Assembly: GCA_964016885.1 (NCBI GenBank)
Contig: OZ024753.1
Location: forward strand, 16,182,001 to 16,246,000
Direction: 5' to 3'
Source: Eledone cirrhosa
Taxonomy: Eukaryota
Length of the DNA stretch: 64,000 nucleotides
Made by a program: the position numbers and the translations under genes
Part shown: piece after piece, positions 15,739-27,304 of the stretch
Position numbering within the stretch: position 1 is the first letter of the stretch
Layout: each line of letters starts with the position of its first letter
Notes under the pieces: model-generated
What the model was told of the DNA's origin: nothing
The model's database searches: none
The model's input: the letters and a program-made list of their open reading frames with translations, nothing else

Positions 15739-17451
15739 ATGGACGGAATTTTCACATCTCATCCTAACGTGAAAGCCACGCCCCCTAAGAAAGGTGATAC
15801 AGAGAAGCTAGAAGCACAAGGCTCTAAGTCTTCCCTCCTCACTTCTGCAAAAGAAACATGGAACACGGAATTAAAAGAAAAATTTGTAAAAATGGGTGAA
15901 AACCCAGAAAGTCACATAAACGCAGACAAAAACAACAACGACAATAACAGCAATAGTCACAACACCAACCAAGGAAAAAATAACGATAACACCAAACAAA
16001 GCGAACCCACTACTGGTGCCTCCTTTGCACAGGCGGTCCGGAAAACACAAACCTGCAAGCAACTGGACATTACAACTCTGAGAGAAAAGATGAAGGAAGC
16101 GAAACAGTATGTAACTTTCAAAGAAGGAGGAGACTTCACAATCACCTCCCCACAAGAAATCAAAAGAGACACGACGCTAAGAACGATATCTTTCAGAACA
16201 ATTTCCAACATAACAAGGAAACCAACTCAATTATCCCAAAAAGAGATTGAGCTGGTCCTAAAAAATGTGTGGAGTGATATATCGTTCATACAAAAAGGGC
16301 CACTCTATGGGAATATAACGGTCCTAATGAAGGATCAATTGACGGCCAGGAAATACTCTGTGGTGCCAATTGTTTCCAAGCTACATACATTTTTCCCCAC
16401 ATATTTAGGGAAAAGAACGCAGAAGATAAGGGTCTCCGGAATCCGGCCAAATGCATGCATTTCCTGGGTACTAACAGGATTTTTAGAAGACGAGGACGGA
16501 ATCCTTTCAGTAGGAGAAGTCACCACAGACGTTTTCGGCGGTTTGAGCGTGGAGGTTCTGGTCCAAAAGAGACCAGAACGAATAGCTAGAATACCACAGA
16601 GGGTGTCCCTCGATGGAGAAACATTTATATATATTTCAGCTGAGGGTAGGAGGCCCATATGTTACTACTGTTCAAGCAGGGGTCATCTAAGGGTTGCTTG
16701 TCCTCAATTGACAAAAAAAAAGGCTCTTTTGCCTACACCCCACACACCACCACCTCCACCACCACCACCACAACAAAAACAACACGGAAAAATAACACAA
16801 GACACAGCCCCACCCAAAACAACTCCCAAAACACACACAAATACAACAAAACCCCAAAATACACCACTACCCGACAGCACGGACGAGGACCCAGCTGAAA
16901 CGGCACCTAGTGACGAAGAGGGGGAACCCTTCCAACCTGTAAAAAGGAAAAAAAGAAAGCACCACTCGAACATAAACGAAACAAACACACAACCACCAAC
17001 AAAAACAAAACAAACAGAACAAACAAAATCCGCCCCACCCCAAAACATAACACATACAACAAAACGTAAGCACACACAAGAACAACAAACAAACACAACA
17101 CAAATAAAACAGTATACATACATTAACACAAATAACAAAGAACTCGTAAAAACAATACACAAAGACCCTTTGGTGGAAACTGAAGGGCAATTCTTTGCAA
17201 GCGCGGCCAACAAACCGCATTTAAAAATGATAAGACTCCCAATGGACACCTATGCAAAACTAAGAGAGAACTTTCCTGAGGACGTGGGGAAAACATGTAC
17301 TCGACCCTATAACCGCGTCCTCTTGAAACGTTTCCCCACCCACACCTCACCAAACACCCCCACTCCACCACAGAACAACACCCCACCAAACAACCCCTCC
17401 AATACGCCCATGGATATTGTGCAACCTGCTCCTCAGGAGCCGAACAGGTAG
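15739..17451 (+). CDS. LINE ORF1 gag-like nucleic-acid-binding protein (570 aa from the first ATG)
   Basis: Zinc knuckle CYYCSSRGHLRVAC (CX2CX4HX4C), basic KRKKRK stretch, Pro/Thr-rich low-complexity C-terminal half. Confidence 0.85.
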   Translation: MDGIFTSHPNVKATPPKKGDTEKLEAQGSKSSLLTSAKETWNTELKEKFVKMGENPESHINADKNNNDNNSNSHNTNQGKNNDNTKQSEPTTGASFAQAVRKTQTCKQLDITTLREKMKEAKQYVTFKEGGDFTITSPQEIKRDTTLRTISFRTISNITRKPTQLSQKEIELVLKNVWSDISFIQKGPLYGNITVLMKDQLTARKYSVVPIVSKLHTFFPTYLGKRTQKIRVSGIRPNACISWVLTGFLEDEDGILSVGEVTTDVFGGLSVEVLVQKRPERIARIPQRVSLDGETFIYISAEGRRPICYYCSSRGHLRVACPQLTKKKALLPTPHTPPPPPPPPQQKQHGKITQDTAPPKTTPKTHTNTTKPQNTPLPDSTDEDPAETAPSDEEGEPFQPVKRKKRKHHSNINETNTQPPTKTKQTEQTKSAPPQNITHTTKRKHTQEQQTNTTQIKQYTYINTNNKELVKTIHKDPLVETEGQFFASAANKPHLKMIRLPMDTYAKLRENFPEDVGKTCTRPYNRVLLKRFPTHTSPNTPTPPQNNTPPNNPSNTPMDIVQPAPQEPNR

Positions 17452-17472
17452 GTCCTTCCTCTTTTAACCAAC

Positions 17473-20400
17473 ATGGCTGATATAAGAGTTGGGTGTCTGA
17501 ATGTACGCGGCCTGGGACTGTCTTGGAAACAAGGCAAACTTTTAAACGATTTCAGGTCGCATAGAATGGATGTAATGGCTATTTGCGAGTCCAGGATCAG
17601 CAGCGAGCACCAACTGGCGCCCCTCTTCGACGACTTTGAGATCTTCGCATCTCTCTGTCAACCGGGGGGTGGGGGTGGAGTTGTCGTTCTGCTGCGAAAA
17701 CACCTGGTCCTCGCCATACAGAAGGTTCACCTGGACCCGGAGGGTCGACTGGTGGTTTTAGACGTCGGCAGTAGTGAAAGTGGAGCCCTTAGACTAATAG
17801 CTGTGTACGCCCCTTTTTGGGCAGCACGGCCGGAATACTTCCAACGTCTAGAAACTTTTCTGGGAACGTCCCGCTCCTTGCTTTTAGTGGGGGACTGGAA
17901 TGGTATCCTGGATGCACGTTGGGACTATGTAGGGGCATGTGCCAATAGAGGGGGGTGTAAAAGGCTCAAAAGGTTAATCGGCCGATTTGACCTGGCCGAT
18001 AGATATCGACTAGATTTTCCGACTGTACCACTATGGACGTGGACCAATCGCAGTGGAACATCTAGGTCGTACCTAGATAGGGTCCTAGTTAGAGAGAAGG
18101 ATAGGGACACATTTAGCTGTCCAAAAATGTTCATGGTTGACTATTCGGATCACAAGTTAGTGACCTGCATAGCCAACCTTGATAGAACCCATAGACAGGG
18201 ACCCGGTTACTGGAAGCTGAACTTGTCCTTACCGAGAAGCAAAGCTTACAGTAAACGGATTAGCACGTTAGTTAAGCAGAGTTTGACAGGGGCAATTGTC
18301 AACAACAGGTGGTGGAGCTCTATTAAGAGAGCAATTAGAATAGAATCGATAGGTTTTAGTCAGGAATTAGCAAGGGATAGGAACAAGACGGAAAGGGAAT
18401 TAGTAGATAGAGTAGAAGAGGCGATTAGGAGTGGCAATGTAGCCGGCGTGCTGGCATCAAGAATGGCCTTACACCAGTTCTTTGAGGTGAAGCATGAAGG
18501 CTGCGTTGTCAGGAGTAAAATACGTGCTCTGGGTAATGAGGGAGCCAAAGCTGTGAGCTGGGCCCGAGTGACAGAGGCAAAAAGTGGGAACAAGTCCACG
18601 ATTCGGTCTTTGAAGGACCAGGATGGGCGTGTGATCCTTGAACCTGGGCAGATGTGTGCGGCCTTTCAGCGGCACTTTGCACGACTGTTCGAGAGGGGCG
18701 GCGCGCCGGGTGAGACTATGGATTTCAATCCATACCTCGACGGTCTGCCGCGCCTCTCGGACGCGGAGGCGAAGTCCTGCGAAAGGACGATTTCAGCTGC
18801 TGTGATAGGGGCGGCGCTGAGCCAATGCGGCAAACGCAAATCCCCGGGTCTCGATGGTCTACCATACGAGCTATATGTAGCGATGCCGGACTTGTTCTCT
18901 GATATCCTCGAAGCGGTCTACTGCAACTGGCAGCAGAACGGGAGAATTCCCAGTTCTGTGACCAAGGGCGTAGTTACGCTGGTGAGGAAGGATGAGAACA
19001 AGGGGGATGACATAAGTAACTTCAGGCCCATAACTCTGCTAAATACAGAGTTAAAGATTTTGGCCAAGGTGTTAGCGAAGAGGTTGGCGCTTGTCGTTGG
19101 AAACTTGGTGGGAGAAGCGCAGACATGCGCAATCCCGTCCAGGTCCATTCACGACAATCTCCACCTTATGCGATACATCATAGAGAGGGTAGGGAATGAA
19201 CCCGGCTTTGGTGGGGCCCTGATCAACTTGGATCAATCTAAAGCTTTCGATAGGGTTGACCATCGTTACCTGGATGCGGTGCTCGCGGCGGCAGGCTTCG
19301 GACCCGTTTTCAGGGGTTGGATTGCTGCGATGCACAGCAGCAACGTCTGCTCAAGGGTCAAGGTGAACGGCCACCTCTCGGAGCCGTTCCAAATCATGCG
19401 ATCCATCCGACAGGGATGCCCTCTCTCCTCCCTACTGTATGTGCTGGCTCTTGAGCCACTACTGCGGAAGTTGGAGCGGTTGCAGGGCATCTCTTTGGAA
19501 CCGGGATTGCAGAAAGCGGCGTCGGCCTACGCCGATGACGTGACAGTAATGGTGTCGAAAACCTCGCAAATCGGTGAGATCGGCACCTTACTGGAGGAAT
19601 ATGAAAGGTTTACAGGAGCCAAGCTGAACCGGGACAAGTCCGTCGGTTTGCAACTCAGAACATGGAGAGGCAAACCGATGCCCTCCAACGACGTCGTCGG
19701 ACGCTGGACGGAGGGCCCGGTGAAGCTGCTTGGGGTCTGGTTCGGACCAGACCTCCAGGTGGAGAAAAACTGGAATGAGGTAACGGCCAGGGTGTTTGCA
19801 CTCGCCCAGAAGTGGGCCCAGTGCAAACTATCCCTGAAAGGTCGAGCGGAGGTGGCGAATACTTATATAGCATCCGTCATCTACTACCGCTTGACCGTCG
19901 TGCCTTGCCCAGTGAAAAGACTCGCCAAAATGGAGTGCGCGCTGTTCCAATTTCTTTGGAACAAGCGGACCCCTTTGGTGAGGAGATCCATCTACTGTCA
20001 ACACCCTTCGAAAGGAGGGCTGGGGATGCCGTGGCTACAGATGCGTAAACACGCATTAAGGCTACAGCACCTCCAGGTATTCCTCACCGGTCAACCGGTG
20101 TGGGCCCCGTTTGTGAGGCGAGCCTTTCCCAGACTCGTCTCGCTCACCGAGCTGCAATCCTGGGTCAAGCAAAGACCGAGAAAAGTGGGCGACTGGCACA
20201 TTGAATGTGCCCAGGCGCTCACGGCCCTCTGGAAAGCGGACCCGGCAATCAGTGGAGACTCCACCTTGACATTCTATAGAGGGTTGGTACGCAGCAGGTG
20301 CGACGATGCTCTCGGAGAAGCTCTAGGCATGGAGGAAGATGAACTGGCCAGTCTGTTCGGTAGGACGTTTGGCCCTGGACCGATGGACAACTTCCAAAAG

Positions 20401-20910
20401 TCCCTGGCTTGGCAGTGCTACCGAGGGGCTCTACCCGTTCGAGACAAGCTCCACAGGCATGGGAGCCTGGGTAGAGATCCTTTGAATAAGATCTGTCCGA
20501 GATGCGTGCATGATGACGAAACCGTTGCGCACGCATTCGTACACTGCCCAGGCATTGCTGACCTGTGGGGCTATGTGGAACGACTACTGTCGAGGGTGGG
20601 ACCAATCCGGTTGACCACCGAGTCCATTGTCACGATCAAACCGCCTCCCCCTTTCAAAAACGAAGGAGAGGCGGTTTTTCTCTGTGTGATAGCCATGGCT
20701 AAAGAAGTTGTATGGTGGACGAGGCTGAAAGGGCTGAGGTCAGACACCTTTCTCTCCGGCCAACAACTGGTCCCCTTTTTCAAATACCATTTTAAAAGAA
20801 GGATCAGAATGGAGAGAGAGGTGCTCTACCCCAGCAAGTTTTATGAAAGGTGGGTGAAAGTAGGGAGAATGGCCAGAGTGAATGGCTCTTCTCTCTATAT
20901 CAGCCTGTAG
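17473..20910 (+). CDS. LINE ORF2: APE endonuclease, reverse transcriptase and C-terminal CCHC finger (1145 aa)
   Basis: CLNVRGL, VYAP, GDWN, YLDR, SDH; KSPGLDG, FRPITLLN, LDQSKAFDRV, RQGCPLS, YADD; CPRC..ETVAHAFVHC; no stops or frameshifts. Confidence 0.95.
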   Translation: MADIRVGCLNVRGLGLSWKQGKLLNDFRSHRMDVMAICESRISSEHQLAPLFDDFEIFASLCQPGGGGGVVVLLRKHLVLAIQKVHLDPEGRLVVLDVGSSESGALRLIAVYAPFWAARPEYFQRLETFLGTSRSLLLVGDWNGILDARWDYVGACANRGGCKRLKRLIGRFDLADRYRLDFPTVPLWTWTNRSGTSRSYLDRVLVREKDRDTFSCPKMFMVDYSDHKLVTCIANLDRTHRQGPGYWKLNLSLPRSKAYSKRISTLVKQSLTGAIVNNRWWSSIKRAIRIESIGFSQELARDRNKTERELVDRVEEAIRSGNVAGVLASRMALHQFFEVKHEGCVVRSKIRALGNEGAKAVSWARVTEAKSGNKSTIRSLKDQDGRVILEPGQMCAAFQRHFARLFERGGAPGETMDFNPYLDGLPRLSDAEAKSCERTISAAVIGAALSQCGKRKSPGLDGLPYELYVAMPDLFSDILEAVYCNWQQNGRIPSSVTKGVVTLVRKDENKGDDISNFRPITLLNTELKILAKVLAKRLALVVGNLVGEAQTCAIPSRSIHDNLHLMRYIIERVGNEPGFGGALINLDQSKAFDRVDHRYLDAVLAAAGFGPVFRGWIAAMHSSNVCSRVKVNGHLSEPFQIMRSIRQGCPLSSLLYVLALEPLLRKLERLQGISLEPGLQKAASAYADDVTVMVSKTSQIGEIGTLLEEYERFTGAKLNRDKSVGLQLRTWRGKPMPSNDVVGRWTEGPVKLLGVWFGPDLQVEKNWNEVTARVFALAQKWAQCKLSLKGRAEVANTYIASVIYYRLTVVPCPVKRLAKMECALFQFLWNKRTPLVRRSIYCQHPSKGGLGMPWLQMRKHALRLQHLQVFLTGQPVWAPFVRRAFPRLVSLTELQSWVKQRPRKVGDWHIECAQALTALWKADPAISGDSTLTFYRGLVRSRCDDALGEALGMEEDELASLFGRTFGPGPMDNFQKSLAWQCYRGALPVRDKLHRHGSLGRDPLNKICPRCVHDDETVAHAFVHCPGIADLWGYVERLLSRVGPIRLTTESIVTIKPPPPFKNEGEAVFLCVIAMAKEVVWWTRLKGLRSDTFLSGQQLVPFFKYHFKRRIRMEREVLYPSKFYERWVKVGRMARVNGSSLYISL

Positions 20911-21147
20911 GTGAAAGAAGAGGAAAAAGAGGAGACGAGGGAAGCACCTACTCTTTGTGCTCCTGAGGAGAAGGGTTGCACATTTTTTCCGGGGTGTGTG
21001 CGACCCATGTTAATGCCCCCTCCCTATTGAGGACTTCGTTTGTTGTTGTTATTTCATTGTTATATTTTTGTACTCGTTAATTATATGTAAACTTCCCCCC
21101 TTGTATCTGTCCCTACCTTTTGTGCTCTAGTGGCAAATAAAGAAACC

Positions 21148-22385
21148 ACTCTATATATACTATTGTATTTTCACAGTAAAGACTTTACCTCACATAATAT
21201 CTCTCTAACATTTACATTACTCTATATATACTATTGTATTTTCACAGTAAAGGCTTTACCTCACATAATATATCACATAACATTTACATTACTCTATATA
21301 TACTATTGTATTTTCACAGTAAAGTCTTTACCTCACATAATATCTCTCTAACATTTACATTACTCTATATATACTATTGTATTTTCACAGTAAAGTCTTT
21401 ACCTCACATAATATCTCACATAACATTTACATTACTCTATATATACTATTGTATTTTCACAGTAAAGTCTTTACCTCACATAATATCTCTCTAACATTTA
21501 CATTACTCTATATATACTATTGTATTTTCACAGTAAAGTCTTTACCTCACATAATATCTCACATAACATTTACATTACTCTATATATACTATTGTATTTT
21601 CACAGTAAAGTCTTTACCTCACATAATATCTCTCTAACATTTACATTACTCTATATATATACTATTGTATTTTCACAATAAAGTCTTTACCTCATAATAT
21701 CTCACATAACATTTTCATTACTCTATATATACTATTGTATTTTCACAGTAAAGGCTTTATCTTACATAATATCTCATAACATTCACATTACTCTATATAT
21801 ACTATTGTATTTTCACAGTAAAGTCTTTACCTCACATAATATCTCGCATAACATTTACATTACTCTATATATACTATTGTATTTTCACAGTAAAGGCTTT
21901 ATCTTACATAATATCTCATAACATTCACATTACTCAATATATACTATTGTATTTTCACAGTAAAGGCTTTACCTCACATAATATCTCACATAACATTTAC
22001 GTTACTCTATATATACTATTGTATTTTCACAGTAAAGTCTTTACCTCACATAATATCTCACCTAACATTTACATTACTCTATATATTTCATGTTGCTCCA
22101 GTTTACTCAGCTGTAGAAATGAGATGATAGGGACTGGGGTCCCTATCATTCCACTGCAAAGTGGTCGTGGAGGTGCCACGGCAAAAAAGCACCCAGCACT
22201 CACTGTAAATGAGGTTGGTGTTAGGAAGGGCATCCAGCTGTAGAAATCAAGCCAGCATCAGTTCCCGTCCCACCCTTGCAAGCAGGGAAAAAGCGGACGT
22301 AAAATGAAATGATGATGAAATGATGATGATACTCTTGTATTTTCACAGTAAAGGCTTTATCTTACATAATATCTCACATAACATT
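21148..22385 (+). repeat. 72-bp satellite array, right of the LINE, interrupted by a SINE
   Basis: Same unit as 14598-15529. Confidence 0.95.
22088..22330 (+). mobile_element. 5'-truncated SINE with an RTE-derived 3' tail
   Basis: Core-like TTGCTCCAGTTTACTCAGCTG followed by about 120 bp closely matching the 3' UTR of RTE copy C; (GAT) tail; inserted in the TATATA of a satellite unit. Confidence 0.75.
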
Positions 22386-22477
22386 GAAACTATGAAATTT
22401 TGATATTATTTATTTTGAAAACAATACCTTAACATCAGTATGAGCAACTTGTTTTGACCGGTTTAAATGCTAAACGG
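22386..22477 (+). mobile_element. Right end of the piggyBac-type MITE hosting the 72-bp satellite
   Basis: Homologous to 35400-35538; ends TAAATGCTAAACGG then TTAA. Confidence 0.7.
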
Positions 22478-22539
22478 TTAAAGCAACATTTAATCACAAC
22501 ACAAACACCAAAACCACACCAAACACAGAAAAACCTGCA

Positions 22540-22672
22540 ACACCACCACTTATAACACTTCCCCCACCACCACTTATAACACTTCCCCCACCACCACTTA
22601 TAACACTTCCCCCACCACCACTTATCACACCACCAGCACTTACAACAACATGACCACCACCACCACTTATAA
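22540..22672. repeat. 24-bp minisatellite (CCACCACCACTTATAACACTTCCC)
   Basis: About 3.5 clear copies plus degenerate ones. Confidence 0.8.
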
Positions 22673-23001
22673 CAACAAAATCACACAGAAGAACACTAGC
22701 AGTAGACAAACACAAACATAACCACACACACACACACACACACACATACATACACACCCCCACACCAAACTTTCTGCTAAAGTCAATTAAATCAATACTC
22801 TTTGACTATAAATATTTGTAATATTTAATCAATGTGTCTTCACTCATTCTTTACCTGCCCTTCCTTTAATTTGCCCCCACCCCATCCCAACACTCCAAAC
22901 CCAAAACAAATTTGCTGCAATTAATATCTGCATGTAAATCTATAAGACCTATATTTTTACATGGGTTATAATTCAAATATGACATCACTATTTTCAAGAA
23001 A

Positions 23002-23186
23002 GGGCGGTGAATTGGCAGTTTCGGTAGAGGGTCGGACGCCATGCTTTCTAGCATAGTTACGTCCCTTTACGGTCCGAGTTCAAATCCCGTCGAGGTTAAC
23101 TTTGCTTTTCATCCTTACGAGGTCGATAAAATAAAGTACCAGTAATGTACTGGGTAATTGCTGGCCTTGAGCCAAAAGTCGAAACA
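23002..23186 (+). mobile_element. tRNA-derived SINE with 15-bp TSD
   Basis: A-box-like TGGCAG, B-box GAGTTCAAATCC; ACTATTTTCAAGAAA at 22987-23001 and 23187-23201. Confidence 0.85.
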
Positions 23187-23365
23187 ACTATTTTCAAGAA
23201 ATATTTTGACTGAATCTTATATTGAGAGAACCAAGGCAGCAAGTTAATTGGAAATAAATTTAAGGTGACATCAAAGAAGGTAATATATTTTAAGCAAACT
23301 TTAATATATAATGAGTATGGTTCCCTGCGGAAGTGTCTATCACACATACATTTATATATATAGAC

Positions 23366-23397
<32 letters not shown>

Positions 23398-23475
23398 TCG
23401 TTAAATGATGGTGATGATGATTATGCATACATATACATATATGTGTGTGTATATATATATATATATATACACATC

Positions 23476-23873
23476 TATACAATATATTAATAAATGGAAA
23501 CTATATTTATAAAACCATAATTATTTTATTATATATATTTCAAGGGTGACCAAGGTAAATTATGGTGCGCTTTCATCAGATAAAATACAGATTTCTTTTA
23601 TAAATAAATATTGACATACCCGGAATATGTCAATAACATTCCGGGTATGTCAATATTTATTTGTAAAATATATCTGTATTTTATCTGATGAATGCGCACC
23701 ATAATTTACCTTGGTCGTCCTTGAAATATATATAATAAAATAATTATGGTTTTATAAATATAGTTTCCATTTATTAATATATTGTATATATACTCCACTA
23801 CACTGTTGAGTGCTTTATATCAGTTATAAACATTTTTAAGCTTGTTGAATCCCAACAAATTAAATATAACCTC

Positions 23874-23876
<3 letters not shown>
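23476..23876. mobile_element. Fold-back element 2: 151-bp arms, a hammerhead motif on each arm
   Basis: Arms 23476-23626 and 23638-23788, 11-nt loop, unpaired tail to about 23876, TA flanks. Confidence 0.8.
23678..23741 (+). ncRNA. Minimal type I hammerhead ribozyme motif (mirror copy on minus strand at 23523-23586)
   Basis: Stem I ATTTTAT/ATAAAAT, CTGATGA, imperfect stem II, GAAA, palindromic loop TATATA, then TA cleavage site. Confidence 0.7.
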
Positions 23877-23951
<75 letters not shown>

Positions 23952-24099
23952 ATATACAAGTATCAGAAATCTTTATAAAATTTCCCCGATATTTGGAAGA
24001 TAAATTGAAGAAGACAGGGTCCCAGTATTTTTATATTTCAGTTTTATTTGGTGTTGTACTTCCAAATATATACATTTAATATAGTTAACCTACATATGG

Positions 24100-24190
24100 G
24101 AAGGTGTATGGCTTAATGTTTAGAGTCTTTGGTAATGAGTACTGGTGGAACGTTGTCTCCTTGAGCAGGATACTTTATTTCCTGTTGTAT
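24100..24190 (+). mobile_element. Degenerate SINE 5' fragment
   Basis: GGTGTATGGCTTAATG...TCCTTGAGCAGGATACTTTATTT resembles the head and core of the SINE at 35697-35948. Confidence 0.45.
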
Positions 24191-24419
24191 CTATGGGCCC
24201 ACCCATAACTCATGATGGAGTCTTAGGGGTGCCACATTGACAGACAGCATTCCTTGGACATTTTTAAAACCTGGTGGAACACATCTCTCCAGGTCTGAAG
24301 ACAGCAGATTTCTTCCAGAGAAGGACAGAGAGGGAAAGAAAGGAAGAAGAAAGAAAGATATTTAGAGGAAGAATCCACCCCAGTACATGACTGGGGTGGA
24401 TATGCCTGCACAAATATTA

Positions 24420-24599
24420 AACACACTGAAGTAGTACATGTCTTAACCGTGCCTGCACCATGAAGTAAGACATATCCTAACCATACCTGCACCCTGAAGT
24501 AACACAGAAGTAAGACATGTCTTAACCATACCAACACCCTGAAGTAAGACATATCTTAACCATACGTACAGCTTGAAGTAAGACATATCTTAACCATAC
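24420..24599. repeat. 32-34-bp minisatellite, left part
   Basis: Unit TAACCATACCTACACCCTGAAGTAAGACATGTCT. Confidence 0.85.
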
Positions 24600-24851
24600 T
24601 GTGGTTAGAAAAAGCTATCTCACTTACCGCTTTTCATAGGCGCCGCTAAATTCCACTGCTGGTCTCTCCTCTTCCACGTGCGTCCAACTCCTTAACACCG
24701 GGAGCTGCCAAAACTCACGTCCACACCATTGCTGGTCACCACTAGAGAGGGCCATCTGCTGGCCCTTCCAGTCGAGCATCCTTCCGGCCAAGCACCCTTC
24801 CGGTCGAGCACTCCTCCGCTTCCGGTCACCGCACGCCACACCATACCCACA
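24600..24851 (-). repeat. 3' LTR (252 bp)
   Basis: Direct repeat of 28425-28684. Confidence 0.9.
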
Positions 24852-24864
24852 CGCCCCCCTGATC

Positions 24865-26013
24865 TCAAGGATCAATTTCCCCCTCGTCCTTCTGCATATG
24901 AAAGTCTGCTGTCAGGTTGGTGGTTTGCGACTTCTTTGCGATCTCCGCAGTGTTGGGGCAGCACTTTGGGTTTCCTCTTCCTCGGAGTCCGTTGATACTG
25001 ATTCTATGGACATCCAGGACATGGCGTGGTACTTCGTCCACAGACACATTGTTCTGGGAATTTACGGCCGTCACCGTTCCCCTTCCCCATTGAGATGTGC
25101 AACGTGCATCTGGGGGCTTAACCCAGACTTCTTCGCCCACCTGCATGAATGCACTCTCTCTCCCCACTGGCCGTTGTGGAGGCGTGCACGGGTGCCGCCA
25201 CTCGTATCTGAATACTGCTCTGCGTGGCACCGATTCCTCGACCTGTCCCACCCGAGGGGACATGTTGTACCAGAACACTGCCTCCATTGGTGAGATATGG
25301 TCCCGCTCAACCATTGCCTTGATCGTCCGGTGGTGTCGCTCCACAATTCCATTCCCGCTCGGCCTGTGTGCTGCTCTGAAGAAACGGTCCACCTTCCATC
25401 CATTGAGCATCTCCCTCAGCGCCTCCGAGCAGAACGCTGCGCTGTTGTCCATCAGCAGTTCATCCACAGGGCCCCGCTCCAAGAACACCTCTCTCAACGT
25501 CCGCATGATTTCCTCGGCCGTTCCAGTCTTCATCTCCCTCCATATCGCCATCCGTCCTGGTCCACAGTCGACCATCGAGAGGTACGATCCCTGTCGGTAG
25601 TGCGTTACATCCACCGCCAATCGCTTCCAGTCGCGATTCACCGGGAGGCTTCCCGTTTCGTGTACACCCGGGGCGGGATCAATGGACTGACATCGGATGC
25701 AGCCTCTAACCACCCTTTGAACACTGTGTCTGTTAACGTCAGAGTCGTTTCTCCTGGCTAGGAACAGGCTCCTATCCACTCCCATGTGGTGCATGTCATG
25801 CAACCCTTTCAGATCCGACTCGGTCAGCCGACACACGGCAGCTATCTCATCTTCTACCTCCTCCGGCGCTTCCATCCAGGCTTTCTTTACCCTAGTTAAG
25901 ATGTCCGCCCTATTTTTCTCTGAGGGCACGAACACTACGCTCAGCCTCAGGTCTAACTCGGTGACCAGCTCTCCTAAAGTTCCCAGGCGGCGCTTTATCA
26001 GCATTTCCGCCAC
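24865..26013 (-). pseudogene. Gypsy integrase plus end of RNase H
   Basis: HDMHHMG..CIRC zinc motif; AVDVTH, LMDNS, GNGIVERHH (DDE). Confidence 0.9.
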
Positions 26014-26022
26014 CCCTCTCGT

Positions 26023-27304
26023 TCACATTCTCTTCTCACTGGTGAGCACTGATCTCACCCATCCGAGTACAGTAGCCGAGTCAGTGCGTATCTCAATGGT
26101 GCGCAGTCCCCACCTCAGGACGAGGTTCACTCCCTTCAACACTGCAACCACATTGATGTGGTTGCAGTTGTCCTTCTTCCTAAGCCAGGCTGCATCCTCG
26201 ACCTCAACACCTATCTCCAACGTGACACCCAGCGCTATGCTGTTGGCATCGCACCATACGGTCCCGCTCTGTGATTTGGGAACATACCAGTGTCCCCACA
26301 CTGGGTCATCGGCCTTCACCCTCCCCACGATCTCCTGCATCATAGCCACCGTCCTCTCTCCCACTCTGTCACTCCAAGTCACTCCTCCCGCTCATCTCTT
26401 GACATAGCTGCATGCCGTCCGGAGCCACCCAGCAATCGGGTAGTGACCCACCAACTTTCCACACATCGAGAAAAGCTCCTGCCTACTCATACTTGGGCCC
26501 AGTTCTGGAATTTCATTTCCCCTCTGGAATACCAAAACACCCGTCCTGTCTCACCGTAGCCTAAGTCCCAGCGCAACTCCTCCCTCCAACGCTTCTGACG
26601 GCTTCGCAGCCAGTCCATACCCCTGTAAATGGCTCATGACCGCCGCCGCCAACACCACAGACTCATCCACTAGGATGTCGTCAATATAGGAGTTAGTGGC
26701 CCTCTTCATCTTGTCGGCCTTTCCCAGAATGGTCTTGAGGACCGCCGCCATGATCTTCGGTGCGGAGCTCAGCCCAAAACCGAGCCTGGTCAGGCAATAT
26801 ATCCGGCCCTTATACCTGACCAGCTGATACTGCCAGAGCTTCTCATCTATATGCAATTGAAAGTATGCCGACTTTAGATCTACGATTGCTGAACCCCCCG
26901 TCATGCGTCTCCACTCATGCAGGGTTTCCCCACAGACATCCGTGACCTCGCCACACGTGCTCGTTCAGCTCCCGAAAGTTCAGCACCAGCCTCACCTTGT
27001 TCTTCATGGGTTGCGCCACCGCCATTAACGGCAATACTCGGCACTTCACCTCCTCTTTCCAGGGAAGCAGTATGCCCTCCTCAATCCATCTCTCTACCTC
27101 TCGCTCGAACTCGCTCCTAATGTTTCCCTTCAAAGTGTGTTGATAGCAGCCCACTTTGGTCTTCAGTGTTGGTGGTTCTCCCTTCCAGTACCACTCAACA
27201 ACCCATCGCTGCCCATCGAACATGGCCTTGAAGTCTTTGTCCTGCACAGTGTAAGCGGGGTATTTCTCCTCGTGGGCCTTCTGGTTCTCCTGTCGCGCAC
27301 TCAC
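26023..27304 (-). pseudogene. Gypsy RT/RNase H, fragmented by frameshifts and stops
   Basis: KVRLVLNFRELN, VDLKSAYFQL, RLGFGL, YIDD, WCDANS, RTDSATV. Confidence 0.85.

Larger units (their letters stand above)
15530..21147 (+). mobile_element. Full-length L1/Tx1-type non-LTR retrotransposon
   Basis: About 200-bp 5' UTR, ORF1, 21-bp spacer, intact ORF2, 3' UTR with AATAAA at 21136; 72-bp satellite on both sides; 5' junction uncertain by about 10 bp. Confidence 0.9.

Noticed and set aside
15871-20783. Many short antisense ORFs over the LINE (and over the RTE and Gypsy ORFs)
   Set aside because: Shadow ORFs of the real coding frames
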